DNA of 64,000 nt from Monocercomonoides exilis PA203 (taxonomy: Eukaryota; Protista; Preaxostyla), in assembly GCA_001643675.2 (NCBI GenBank), contig LSRY02000021.1, forward strand, positions 310,001 to 374,000, given 5' to 3'. The notes under the pieces are model-generated. The model saw only the letters and a list, made by a program, of their open reading frames with translations, searched no databases and was not told where the DNA came from. Position numbers and translations under genes: made by a program. How positions within the stretch are numbered: the first letter of the stretch is position 1; every line of letters begins with the position of its first letter. Below are positions 12,308 through 25,800 of the stretch, piece by piece.

Positions 12308-13372
12308 CTATTGTATTGTTCCAACCCCTCTTCCACAATCAACCTCCAACTTTTTTCCGCTCAGCTCATCTAGTACTTTTCTTTTCCCTTCTGGTTGTTC
12401 ACAAACAGAAGAATTGGATAAACTTTCTGTTGAGGTAGTGCCTTCTTGTGTGAATGAAGACTCAGGCTCATCAATTGCTTCTCTGTGAACTTCATCTTTA
12501 TCATTAAGTGTTTGAGGGGAAAGTTCGAATTGTTTGCTTCCAATTGAACGAAGACCGACAGAAAGCTTTGATTCAGAGTGAAATGTTGAAAAATTCATTG
12601 GAGAAGGAATCGGAGAAGGAAGATGTTCCCGAACAATGCGTTTTCTATCTCCTACAATTCCTTTTTCATCAATACGTCTGCTCACATCCATTCCACAAGG
12701 TCCAGGAGCACAAGCCCCACTCATACGAGAATGAGGAAGTCGGCGTTTTGCATTTTGTAACGTTGCAAATCCTTGAGATGCAAGAAGATCATTTGTAGAT
12801 CTCAAAAACCTTTCAGAGTCATCTGATCCTTGCGACACAGCAGAAACAAATTTTGCAGCGTCTTCATGAAATTCAAACCCAAGACCAAAAAAAGCATATT
12901 TTCCTTCATCGAAAAATTAAAAGGTAAAATTTCCAACAAACATCTTCAAATTACAATAATTTGTTATGTTTATTTCAAACCAGTCTCATCATCGATTCTT
13001 ATCACAAAAAACCTCGATGAATCAAGAACTGGCTCAACAACAAGCAATCCACCTTGTGCAACAGGACATTGAACAAAAACATCTTCTATTATGTTTAATA
13101 CACATCAAAATATGAGTTATAAAAAGTTCAAAGAAACAATGCAATACTTGTATCAGGATCTTTAAGAATAATACTACGTTCTCCTTCATTATCAGTTATT
13201 TCTAGCGAGCCAGTCCATATATTATCTTCAGGTTTCCAATCGCGGCATCTGCATTTCTCTTTAAGAATAAAAGATAAATAAGCAATACAAACCGATACCC
13301 TTGAGTTGTTGGACGTGGCCCTAAACGATAAACAAAACATTCTGGAAAAGTGACAATTAAAGATTCACTCAT
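12308..13372 (-). CDS. NECAP: NECAP (adaptin ear-binding coat-associated protein, PHear domain), about 293 aa
   Basis: Exons 13372-13293, 13248-13148, 13085-12981 and 12903-12308 total 882 nt in frame. Translation [60 protein letters not shown] matches the NECAP PHear consensus. Confidence 0.88.
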
Positions 13373-13833
13373 TTAGCAAATTAATAAATTTCACCAATTC
13401 TGATGACCCCCTTATTAAAAAAATTTTTTTTATTCATTTTTAAAAAAGGAAAATTCACTTATATTTGAATGAATATATCTCTTATATGATATTTAATAAA
13501 TTAAAAACCAAATATCATCAATATTTTAATATTAATTGAAAGGGATTTGAAAGTTATTGTTTGGAAAATATCATGCAGAAATCTCCTTTAAAAAGCTTAA
13601 CAAAAGTTAACAAAAAAACAATTGGACCAAAAAAGAATATAAATGTTTGAAAATTATCTATGAATCAGCGCGTGAGGAAACAACATCAAGAGAAAAAATG
13701 CGCCATAATAAAAAATAATCCATTTTATTCTATTTTTCAACAATTATTTTATCGACTAACAAACATAATACCGAAGTTATTATTGTAACTTCGAATCAAA
13801 AATTGTTTTTTTCTTTGGATTTTGTAAATTTCT

Positions 13834-16800
13834 ATGCTGATTGCAATTGTTCTCTTATTTTTTAAAATAAAGTTTTGCAAAGTTCAACCATCAACTTTGT
13901 ATTTCATTGATTCAAAATATCCGAGCATTATTGAAGGAAATGAATTTACTGCTATCAATTCAACTCTTTCATTAACATTCATTTCTTTTATATCAAATCA
14001 AGAAAAAGAAATATTGCACATAAATTCGAACTCTGCACTTAACATATATTGCTGCAATTTTTATGAAGCTGCTTCCAATCACCATTCAAGTGTAATATTT
14101 TCTTCTGGAATCAATAAACTGAACAACATTTCTATTAGCTTTAAATATAATATCAACAAAACTTGTTCATCACTTACAAAACTATCAGAAGGAAAAGGAA
14201 AAATTATTTTATCAAATTCGGCTTTTTTTTCATTTGTCGTAGCACAAACAAGTTTTTCTTCTTTTCTTAGTTCTGGTTGCGGAATTTTAGAATCAGTTTC
14301 TCAATGCTCTTTTTCAAATATTTCTTTGAGAGAGGAGACCGTGAAAACTTTTATTCGGAATCAATCCCCTGTATCCACGATCGATGCTTCTTTGCTTGTA
14401 AACAGTTCGTTTTTATTTTGTCAAGATGTGTTTTACGGATGCATCATCCATGGGCTTTCTTGCGTTTCACCTTCAACAAAATTATCTGTCAAACTATGCA
14501 CATTCAAATATTGCACCCACACTCAATCATCGAAAAAACTTAAAAAATATAGACTGGTAAATACCGACCGCCAGGATGTGAACGACAGAGAAGCTTCATT
14601 TTCTGATTGTGAATGGATAAAATGCTCAGGGGAGAAAGGTGGAGCAATATATTTTGATGGATATCGAAGCGTTCTCAGAAATCACGACTTAACTTTAAAT
14701 TATTGCATATTTGAATGCTGCTATTCCGGAACAAGTGGAGGTGCAGTCTACATGAAATCTGTTGACGAGCATAGCGTAACAGGCTGTTTCTATTTTGGCT
14801 CACAAGCCGCAAACGGAATAGCAATTGACACATATCTCGAAAAGCCAGATTCGTATTACAGTCAAAAACAACACACGTGGACAAATAGTTACACAACTGC
14901 AGAGCACTCCAGTTTTGTTGTCAACGGGAAAGGGGATTACAGCAGCAAGATCAACATCATGAAAAAGCAATGGGAGATCTCTAACACCGGAAACGACGAG
15001 CGGGGCTGCGGGCTTTCATCGATAAGATGTAAGACAATCCAGTTTGCATTTGATCAGCAGAGAGTGAACTATCCTGTACCAATGGTGATTTTGAACGGAA
15101 CTTTTTCACCGACAACAATCGTTGTCAAGCGCTTTCCCTGCGTTCTGAATGGATCAAACAGAGTTTTTTCAATTATTTCAAATTTGGAGAGCGTGGGAAC
15201 AGTGTTTTCAGTCAGCGGCACATCATTTAAAGTTAGCACAGCAAAATTTAGATTTGAAAAGGCGACAACGTCGATTGTGCAGCTAATGGACAATGGAAAT
15301 TGTTCGATCGAACAAATTATAACTGAACAACCATCGAACGTCCAGGAGTTAAATTCTCCGTGCTTTCAGATCGAAAGCGGGATTCTCAAAATATCCAATT
15401 CACTTTTTTCTTCTTTGAAGTTAGCGAGTGGTAATGCTCTTGTGAAAGCTCAGCAAGGCTCCAGTGTCCGTTTTTCCTTATCGAACTTTACTTCAATCAG
15501 CTCGAGCGGAGGATATTCCGTTTTAATGAACACTTTTACCTCCCAAGAGTCCTTCAACGTTAGTTTGGATGGATGCTTACTTGCTTCAGTTGGAGATGGA
15601 GGCATATCAAATGGTGGATGCTTGTCTTTTCAGTGTAGCTCAAGCACATCATTTTTTGTGTCTAACACTTCTTTCTCATCAAATGTTGCAAGTTCTGTGA
15701 ATGGAAAAGGAGGAGCGCTGCATTTCTCCTATCAGCAGCTAATTCCTGAGCAGTGCACTCTCAAATTCAATGAAATCAGATTTACAGAGAATGTAGCACG
15801 ATTTGGCAGAGATTTCTTTATTACTGTCAGAGACCTTACAGAAAGCATCACAGCAACTGTGATACCCTTTGCTCTTCTTTCCGAATCCATTCCTGATCGT
15901 TCCAATGCTCTGTACGGCAGCGATATGTCTGCTTATTTCGAACCGGTGGACTTGTACACTTTTCTTACAGGATTTTTCTCAGACACAATTCACGTTTCTT
16001 CGGAATCGTATAACACAGATCGTATTTTCTGCGGCTCAAATGAATATCGATGCTCGACTTTGCCTTATGCCGTTACGAGATTTTCACCTTCCATTCTTCC
16101 TCCATCTGATTCCACACCAAACAGAGTTCTTCTGCTTTCAGGAACTGTCGGCGCTATCTCGACAAACCTCAACTTGACGAATGTTGAATGCGTTTCTCAG
16201 TCTGCCGCTATGAAGGCCACAATACAATTTGCTTCAACACTTTCGGGTGATGCACAGACTGTTATTGCTTCAAAGGGAAAATTTGTTGTATCGCAATTGT
16301 ATCTTTCTTTCTTCCCTTCAATTCGTAATGATGCGTCCGCTTCAATTTCTACACTGTTTTCATTCACCGAAGATGAAGCACTTTTCAGTTCATGCATTTT
16401 TCGATGCGAAACATCTGAGCAAACTTCTGTTACATTTTCGCTCATTGCAGCATTAGATTCTTCCAAGCTCCTAATTTCATATTGTTCGGTTGGACAGCCT
16501 CAAAGGCTTGCTTTTTCTGTACCTGCTTTTTTGTTCACTGGAAACGCATCGACCATCAACATGACTTATGCTACGATTGAGAATGTGACCAGCGCTGGGA
16601 ATGGGGTTGGACTTTTCGAATGCAACAGCAGCAGCAAAGAGCCAACAATTTGGTTTTCCAATTGCCGTTTTTCGAAGCTCAGGGGCGGAGATCAGACGAA
16701 CTGTCTCTTTTCATCTCGGACAACATCATCTGGTTCTGTTGTGCTGGATTCATGCACGCTGTTCAGTTGTGTGGCAGATAGCGCAACAAAAGGAGGAGCA

Positions 16801-19800
16801 GTGATGTGGCACGTCAGCAGCGGAGGGAAGATACAAATCGCTTCCTGCGATGTACGTAGCTGTTCGACGGAGACAGAATTAAGAGGAAGAGGCGGTGGCA
16901 TCTACATTTTGCTCGATGACTCAGAAAGCGACTTTCTCGTTTCTTCTGTCACATTCTCCGCAAACAAGGCGTTCTTAGGGAAAGACATGTATATCGAATA
17001 CTCACAGCTTGATCAAGCTTCCAACCTCAGCAAATATCAGTCTGTCTTCTCACCAACATTTGATTTTGATAATTCAGTGTTTGGCTCATCACACGAATCG
17101 GATGCAGCTGCTGTCGACATTATTGACGAAATGCGCTATCGAAGCCAGACAGTTTACATTACGTCTCTCCAAGAATCCCCAGGCACAGACTGGTTCCGCT
17201 GCGGCACAAGTGCGGATCCGTGCTATTCTTTGGACTTTGGCAGGAAGCAGCATATTCGAGATTCGATTGATACCCACAGCCTTGTTGTGATGCGCGAGTC
17301 ACTGATTGGCTCAGAAACTGATCTATCTGATGCTGCAGTGACTTCAAGTGATGCATTTTCTTTTGCGCTGGCATTCACAGAAGAAATGGAAAAGAAATCT
17401 GGGCGAGTTATTTCTAATCAGAGATCTCTTGTAATTTCATCTGCTTCTTTTTCTCTTCCTTCCTCGTTTTTGCGCGGGCAGAAGACACTATTTTTCACTG
17501 AAGCCGGCTCACTTCGTATTTCTTTTTCAACGTTTTCTGCAACCATCCCTAATTTGTTCTTGTCGTATGTATTGATTTCTGCTGCATCTGGCAGTCTGGA
17601 ATTGAGTGAGTGCAATTTTGGTCTGAACGAGGTTACATCCATAACGAGCCCCATCCTTTCAGTTTCTCAGTCTGCTTCCATCAGCTTGTCTCTTGTTACA
17701 TTTACGAAGTTTGAGATCACTGGATCTTCATTTTTGGCAGCACCACAACAAATACAGTCATCTTTAGCAAGCTCTTCTTCTTCAAACATGGCTCAGCCAC
17801 AAACAGAGCATAACTTGAGCAACTGCACTTTCAATTCAATTACTTCTTCTTCAACCACAAATTTTGTATCATTGCTTTCTGCCTCTTTATCCAACAAGCT
17901 CATAATTTCTAATATGTCGTTAATTGCTGGAGTTGCTTCAGGCAGCGGTGAAGGCGGAGGAATGAAATTGACAATGCCAACTTCAGATCCGTGTCCTTCT
18001 TTGACCATTCGCGAATCAGTTTTGAAGGACTGCATGTGCAACAATGTCAGCGGAAAGGGAGGATTTCTGTATTTGCAGGTTGGCAACTCAGATCCCTCGT
18101 TCTTATTATCTTCTCTGACATTTCAAAGAAACACGGCAGCTTTTGGAGAGAACTTGTATTTGTTGGGAACAGATCTGAATGCCACAGTGAACACAAATAG
18201 ATTGGGATTTGAGCTGAGCGACTTTGTGGACAACCGCAATGCTTTTGTGGGAAGCGATTCAACGTTTTCTTCAGTTGATCTGCTGGCATTTATAATATCA
18301 TTTACATCCGACGCTGTTGTTGTGTCATCGTCAGGCTTTGATGTGAAAAGATGCGGAAGTGAAATTGAGCCTTGCAAAACATTCTGGAGTGGAATGAAGC
18401 GAATAAACGAATTATCTCCAAACTCGAAGAGTATTCTTGTTGACTCATTTGCGAGTATTTGTGACAAATATGACATTTCCAATTTTACAGTTGAATCAAA
18501 AACAAAAACAGGGAAATGTGCAATAAGCGTCTTATCAGCAATGAACTCACCATCAGAAACATCGCAGAGCATCTTCAACAACAGACTTACTGCTTCATTC
18601 AATGAAATTGACTTCTTGCTGCCTTCTTGTTTCTCAACAGGAGAGGAAGTGTTTGTGCTCAGCAATCCAACCAATGGTGCTGTTTCGTTTGGTGAATGCA
18701 CTTTTGCAAACGAGACAGTCGATCCAATTTTATTCACACTTATTTCTGTTGAAAGCGGAAAATTGTCCTTCGAAGCTGTTTCTATCAAAATGTGCTCATT
18801 TGCAAAACCACCATTTTGTTTTAAAGAAAATTCGGATGTTCTTCTGGAAGAGCTCAATATGCAGTCAATTGAGCTTGAATCATCGACTCTTATTCGTCTT
18901 ATGGATTCGAATCAGTTTTGCTCATCGTCTTCTTTTTCAGCTTCCTTTTCGTCTTCAAACGAAGCATCTTCAAATTTGATCCTCAGAAACACCACATTGA
19001 AGAACATTACTTCATTGTCTTCTTTTGCAAGTCCAGTCATCTTTTCTTCAACAATTCTATTTTCAACAGAAATCAGCCAAAGCACATTTGATAGACTGAA
19101 ATCTTCGGACAGTCCAAATGGAGGCGCTTTGAAAATTGGGCTGGACGAGTCGACTGGAAAACTGGAGGTCAACAACCTTCGTCTGACGAATTGTGAATGC
19201 AGCACAGAAACAGGAAGAGGTGGCGGCATATACGTTGAATGCTGCGAGTCGAATCCGGACTCGTTTGCTGTTAGCTCTCTGTTTGTTAACTCAAATAAGG
19301 CATTTATTGGACGAGATCTTTATCTTTTTGTGAACAATCTTCCAAATTTAGTGTCACCCACAACTTATTCTTTTACAGTTCTTTTCAGCGACAAAAACAA
19401 TTCCTTAATTGGTGCAGACAGAGACCGTTTCCAAGAAGAAGTTGATTTATTCATTCTAATTGATGGCTTTTCAGACGATGCACTGTTCATCGGATACACA
19501 GAAGGCTCCGATGAGCTTTCCTGCGGTAGTATTGGCCGTCCATGCCAGACTTTGGATTACACACTGGGCAAGCTTGATGAGGCAACAAACAAACTGAGAC
19601 AGATTAGCATCAACAAAATAGCATTTTTGGGAGCTCCTGTTCTGATGGAATTTGTTACTGTAGCTGGTTTGTTTGACAATGCAACTGGAATTAGAAATGA
19701 AGAAGATACAGTTAGTCTTCTTGTGCAGAGAGAAATGAGCTCTAATGAAAATTATGAGAACAACGGAAACAGCATAATCGCTTCAACATCGACGCTTCAG

Positions 19801-22800
19801 TTTAAAGATGTCACATTTTACATACCAATTTCATTTGTTTATATTTCTCCAACGTCGTTTATAACGAGCTTGTCATCAAGAGGAAGTCTCCTTCTACGAA
19901 GTTGTGCAATTTTGAATTTGGACTTATATGGAAATGACGATACATCATCGTTTCATCTTATCAGCGCTGAAAGCGGAACAGCAACACTGCTAAATTTTGC
20001 TGTGAAAGAACTGTCTTTTTCTTCTTCGCCTTTCTTTTTCAGTCAGACAACACAAGTTACTCTCAGTTCTGTTTTCTGCGACGATATTGGATTTCTTTCA
20101 TGTTCACTTTTTGACAGCAAGTTTTCCTTGTTTTCATCTTCTTCATTTTTATCTGCATCTACCGCTCACAGTTCAAATGCCGCTATTGGCTTTATAACTC
20201 TTGAAAGCTGCAATTTTTCAAATATTCGTGGATTATATGAGACATCAACGCCATGCTTGATTGGAGCTTCTTTGCTTGTTGAGCTGAGAATGACAAACTG
20301 CTGCTGCTCAAATATGAGTTCGTTGTTCAGTCACGAAGGAGGAGGAATAAAGGCATTGCTTAACAGTTCAGGTGCATTGAAAATATACGGAAGCGATGGT
20401 ACATCAAGTCCTCAGTTCAGTTCTTGCGAATGTGATTCCATTGAAAGTGGAAGAGGAGGGTTTCTTTATTTGGGAATCGAAGGCAAGAATCATGACTTTG
20501 AGTTTTCTGGCATTCAGTTTCAGAACAATAGTGCGAAGGAAGGCAACAACATATTTATCTCAAGCTCTGATTTGCTTGTTTCAATGAAAACGGATCGCTT
20601 CAGTTTCCCATTGGATTTGTGGGTAAATGATTCTAATTCATTTGTTGGATGTGATGATAGAAACTTCTCAAATGCAGTTGTGGATCTTCTTTCGTTTTTG
20701 ATTCCATTTTCAGCTGATTCAGTTCTTGTGTCAATTTCTGGCTTTGATTTGATGCGTTGTGGAACGGAAAATCTGCCATGCTCTTCATTTGCTGTTGGTG
20801 TGTCGAGGTTTGATACGAATTCTCAAGAACAGAAAACACTGTTGATTGACACTCTAACAACCATTGGAGCATCGTGTGACATGACAAATTGCATTACGTC
20901 TTCCTTTTCAGATGTGAAAGCATCTGTTGTGTTTAGTTCAGCATTGACATTAAGTAGTTCTATTTCAATTGAGAGCTATGCAGTTCTAATAAACAAAAAT
21001 ACTGCAAATTACTCTCTTCTGGCTTTTTCGTTCTCCAAAACACAATTTGATTCAGGAGCAGAGTGTGTGTTTGAATCAAGTTCTGGAGATCTCATATTCT
21101 CCCACTGCTCTTTCGCTTCGCCTGTTGTTATTGAATTTGTACTTGTTCGAGTGCTGGATGGGTTTCTTCAGTTCGGTGCAAGTTCACTTGACTCAATGAA
21201 ATTTGGAACTCCTCCATTTTTGCTTTCTCCAATTTCAAACTCATCTTTTGTTGATTCCAGTGTTTCTAGTTGTGACATTCAGGACGGAAACATTATTAAG
21301 CTTTTGCGGCCAAGCGATGGATGCTATTCTTCTTTGAAGTCTAATTCTGAATGTAATTTGAAATTATTGCCTGATAATTCTGTTTCTTCTGCGAGTCAAA
21401 TTATGTTTAGTGGCTGCACGTTTGTGTCTGTTTTGTATGTGACTGTCTCCGCAGATCTTCCATCGACAACTATTCCAACAGTTCTTTGTTGCGACTCTCC
21501 ATTTGATAACATCAACTTTTTGTTGAATATTTCAGATTCTTCTTTCATCAACTGCTCTTCACTTATCAGCGATAAAGGTGGGGTCTTTTATTTCACTCTT
21601 TCACATTCAATGTCACTGGAAGTGACTGACTCGTTTTTCCTCTCTTGCCAATGTAACCCGCTTTCTGGATGCGGTGGCTGCATATATTTGTGTGGAATTG
21701 ATACTGATCCGTTACCAGTTTTCTTCAGAGATGACATGTTCAAACTAAATAATGCTAAATATGGAAAGGATATTTTTATTGAGTGTTTAAATGTATCAGC
21801 TCAAATTAGTGAAGTTAATTTTGAGATGGCTTTTGATTCAACATCTTTAAGCGACAAGTATTTAATGAATGGAATGGATAACACAAATCATCCAGATAAT
21901 CCTGCGATTCAACTTTTGGATTATGTAATGTTTTATCGCTCTTCAATTGTGTATGTTTCCTCATCTTCTTTATCTTCTCTTGATGATGGCAAAATGTGCG
22001 GGGATTTGAATAAACCCTGTTACTCGTTATCAAGTGGATCAACACATGTGCACTTAATTAAAGGAGGCACCGAAGGGAGAATTTATGTAATTAATAGCTC
22101 TATTATAGAAAAGCAAATGGAATTGATTGGGACAAGAGTTATTTCACAGAATCTTGAAAGTGCGACTGAGGATAATCGAAGTTGGATAATTGTTCCTTCA
22201 AATGTTTCTACCGAGAACAATTGCATAATAAGCTGCAAGAAATCCGTCAGCTTTGAGTATTTAGGCTTTTCATTTGAATCACTTGGAGAGATTCAAGGAA
22301 TTGATGTCTTTTGTTGCTGCACAGATGGTTCGTTAAGTGTTGAGTTCTGCATTTTTACTTCGATTCAACCAGAAGATCTTATTTTGTCGCATTCATTTTC
22401 CTCTGATTTCCAGTCACGAATATCTTCAGCATTTGTTTTGCCGTTTCCGTTGTTTGTATCTGAAAGGAGTTCTATCATGTTGAGTGGTGGATCACTTTCA
22501 AATATGTCCTTTTTACATCAAATGTTGCTAATTGGACCATCTTCTTTGTCAGAATTGTCATATTTATCAGGCAATGCCACTATATCGCTGTCCATTCAAA
22601 ACATTTCTTGCTCGACGATTTCTGCTACAAGCGAATCTTTGTTCCAGATTAATTCTGTAAACGAGGTTACTATTTATAATTTGTCAATAAACTCTATTAG
22701 CTGTTGTACTTTGGAGAAATATTATTCAAACGAAGACTACGAATCAAACATATCAAACAATGATCCAATGTCATTGTTTGTTTTTGCTAATTGCAATTCA

Positions 22801-25800
22801 ATCGAGATGGATCAGGCCGAAATTTCAGATTTCAATTTGCCAGACTTCAGTGTATTTGCTTTCACGAATATTGAGAGAATAACAATATCTAAGCCTTCGA
22901 TCGAATCAATTACATCCGCAAAAACTTTATTTGAATTTATTGATATATCTTTTGCGGAAATCGAGAAATGTACTGTTGCAAATGCAATATTTGAATGTTC
23001 TATGCTTGTTCTCTCTTCAGCAGTCATACCTGAACAATCAGTCAACAATGTAATGAGTCATTCACAATTAGAGGAACAACTACCAAGTTCTCCTGATAAC
23101 CAAGATGAAGCCTCAAGCTTCACAATACGCGCATTGTCCGTTGCAAATGTTACAACATCTCAACAGCCTTTATTTTCATTTTCGCATCATTCTGCAAATG
23201 TTGAAATAGAAAAAATTAACATATCAAATGTTACTCTCCCTTGCAGTAGTGTTGTCGATATTCATTCATCGAATTCACCCTTTCTTATATCAGGCTCGTT
23301 TTTGTCGAATGTTACAAGCCTTTCTTCCGACTTTCCGATTATAAGTGTATCTTCGATGGAAAGTACAGTGAAGTTTATCAATTGTTCATTTTCAGAATGC
23401 AAATGCTTTGCAACAATTGGAGGCTTTATCCAAGTGAGTCAATGCTCTGATGTTACAATGGATCTTTGCTCGTTGGATGGAAAGGAGGCATTTTTAGGAA
23501 TTGATATTGTTATTGAATTTTCTGAAGTTATTGAAGATTCACCGTATGCGCAAGATCACATTGTTGAGACAAGAAAGATGGGATATCTAGATGAAATTGT
23601 AAGTCATGATCAGAAAAATAAGAAAACTTTTGCAAATATACCAAAAACAGCTTCAAGCGCTGTTAACAAATCGATACACTCAAATCAAGACGATTTATTG
23701 AATAAAAGTGAGCAAGATTTTGAATGCACCAACAAATACAGAAGAAAAGAAACTTCAAAGAGAAATTATGAAGAGAAAAGAAACGAAAAAGAAAAAGTGA
23801 AAGATGAAGTATGCTCCTGGAATGGATCAGTTCTAAATATCAGAGGTGGAAATGTGCTTCTGAAGGATTCTTCAATCACTAATTCAAGTCAAGGAGGCCT
23901 CTCAATATTCGGAGGAAATGTAACAATTGAAGACGGGAAGTTTGCAGATAACAGTCCTTCTATAGAGCATTATGAATCAGTTAGACGTAACATTCGTTGC
24001 TTCCTTCCAGAAGATGGCAAAAATTTGATGTTAAATGAAGAACAGGCAGATAACCCAGCTTTGTGTGAGTTGAATATTATCAGCTTGAAAGGAGGCGATG
24101 GTCTTCAAGCAGATTCGTCTCTTTGGATTTTGAATGAGGGGCATAAATTGTCTGGAATTGCATCTGAAAGACTATCGCCTTTTTTCATTCCGAAGATCAG
24201 TTCAATTACTGTTGAAGAAACAGAAAGTTATGTGAACGTAATATTTGAGGGTTCACTTCTGCTTCCGTGTAATTTGACTTATCAGATTATTTTCACTTCT
24301 GAAGAGGAGCAAGTAATTGAGAAAAGAATGTTTTCTGAAGAAGATTACATTTCGGAAGAAAAGATCCAAGTTACGTTAGATCCCTCCGAGATTAAAGCAA
24401 AAGACATGGAAACGGAGGTTTCAATTTCTATTTCGTTTGGTGATCAAATAAAACAGAACATTATATCCTCAGCGATTATTACAAATAAAACTGCACCAAA
24501 GGCTGCAGAGCTTCCAGCTGAAAAGAAGATGCTGCCTCTGTATGTGATTGTTATAATATCAGTTGTTGCAGGAATATTGCTGATGTGCTTGATACTAGTT
24601 GTTATAACCGTTGTTAAGAAACTGTTCATAAGAAAGAAGAAGAAGAACGAATTTATCGAAATTGATGCGGATAGTGATTTTGAAGATGAAGAGGAGAAGA
24701 ACATAATAACGAAGGAACCAGCATGTCAAACACCACATGCGAAGATTTCTGCTCCTGAAACGCCGTCTTCTTTGCTGTCATCTGCTTCATCGACTATGCC
24801 TCTTCTTTCGTGTTCAGCGCAAGCTGTGGAGAATTCATGTGAAAGCTACCAAGAGTATTCGGAGAATTCGGGTGAATACGAAAATGAACTTCATGAAAAG
24901 TCTGCAAGTGAGGAAGACAGAAGCAAAGATGAATGCTTAGACCATATCATCAACACTGACTCTCGCCCTGAATCATTAATTCTTTCAGATGAAGATTCAC
25001 AACTGTTCAGATTGGATAACATTAGTGTGAATGAAAACAATTTGACGCCTTGTTCCACAATTGCCCTAACTTCAGAATTTACACTGTGCTCATCTCCATT
25101 GGCATCCTCTTCATTTGTGGATACTTCTTTGTATGAGCTCAATCCGATGCACAGCACAGATAAAGCTGCAGAAAAGAGAAGAAGAAGACCAGGAAAAATA
25201 AATAAACGAGCAAAAAGAGTAAAAATAGAAGAGGAGGAGGCAGAAGAGGTAATAAGCATAAATGAATTGGAACAAACGAGCGAGGAAGTGAAATCAGAAG
25301 CAACAGTTGATGAAATTGAGGAAAACAAGACTGAAGTGGCTGACAATTCCACAATCACACTTTATGATTCAACAGAAGATTCAACAGATGATTCAACAGT
25401 GCATGCAACAGAAAATGAAGTGGAAGCTAATGATTCCTCAAGAGCTTCTGAGAATATGACTTTGGATGGAATGGAAAAAATCGTTGAGGCAGAAGAATTG
25501 CCTCTGAATGAGTCAAATGTTAATGAAAACGAAAAACCAAAAAAGAAAAAGGGTAAAAAGAAAAAGCAGAAAAATGTACTCAACGAAGTGATTGGTGAAG
25601 AATTGCAGAATGGAGATAACATTGGTGAACAAGAGGCAGGAGATAATGAAGATAGCTTAAATGAGAAACCAAAAATCGATGGAAGCGATGACATGATTGA
25701 AAATAACGAAGACAAAAACGTTGAAGAAATTACAACTGAAAATTGCGTTTTAGAGAATGAAGAAAAAGAGAAAGAACAAAAAGTCGTTGAAGACTACGAA

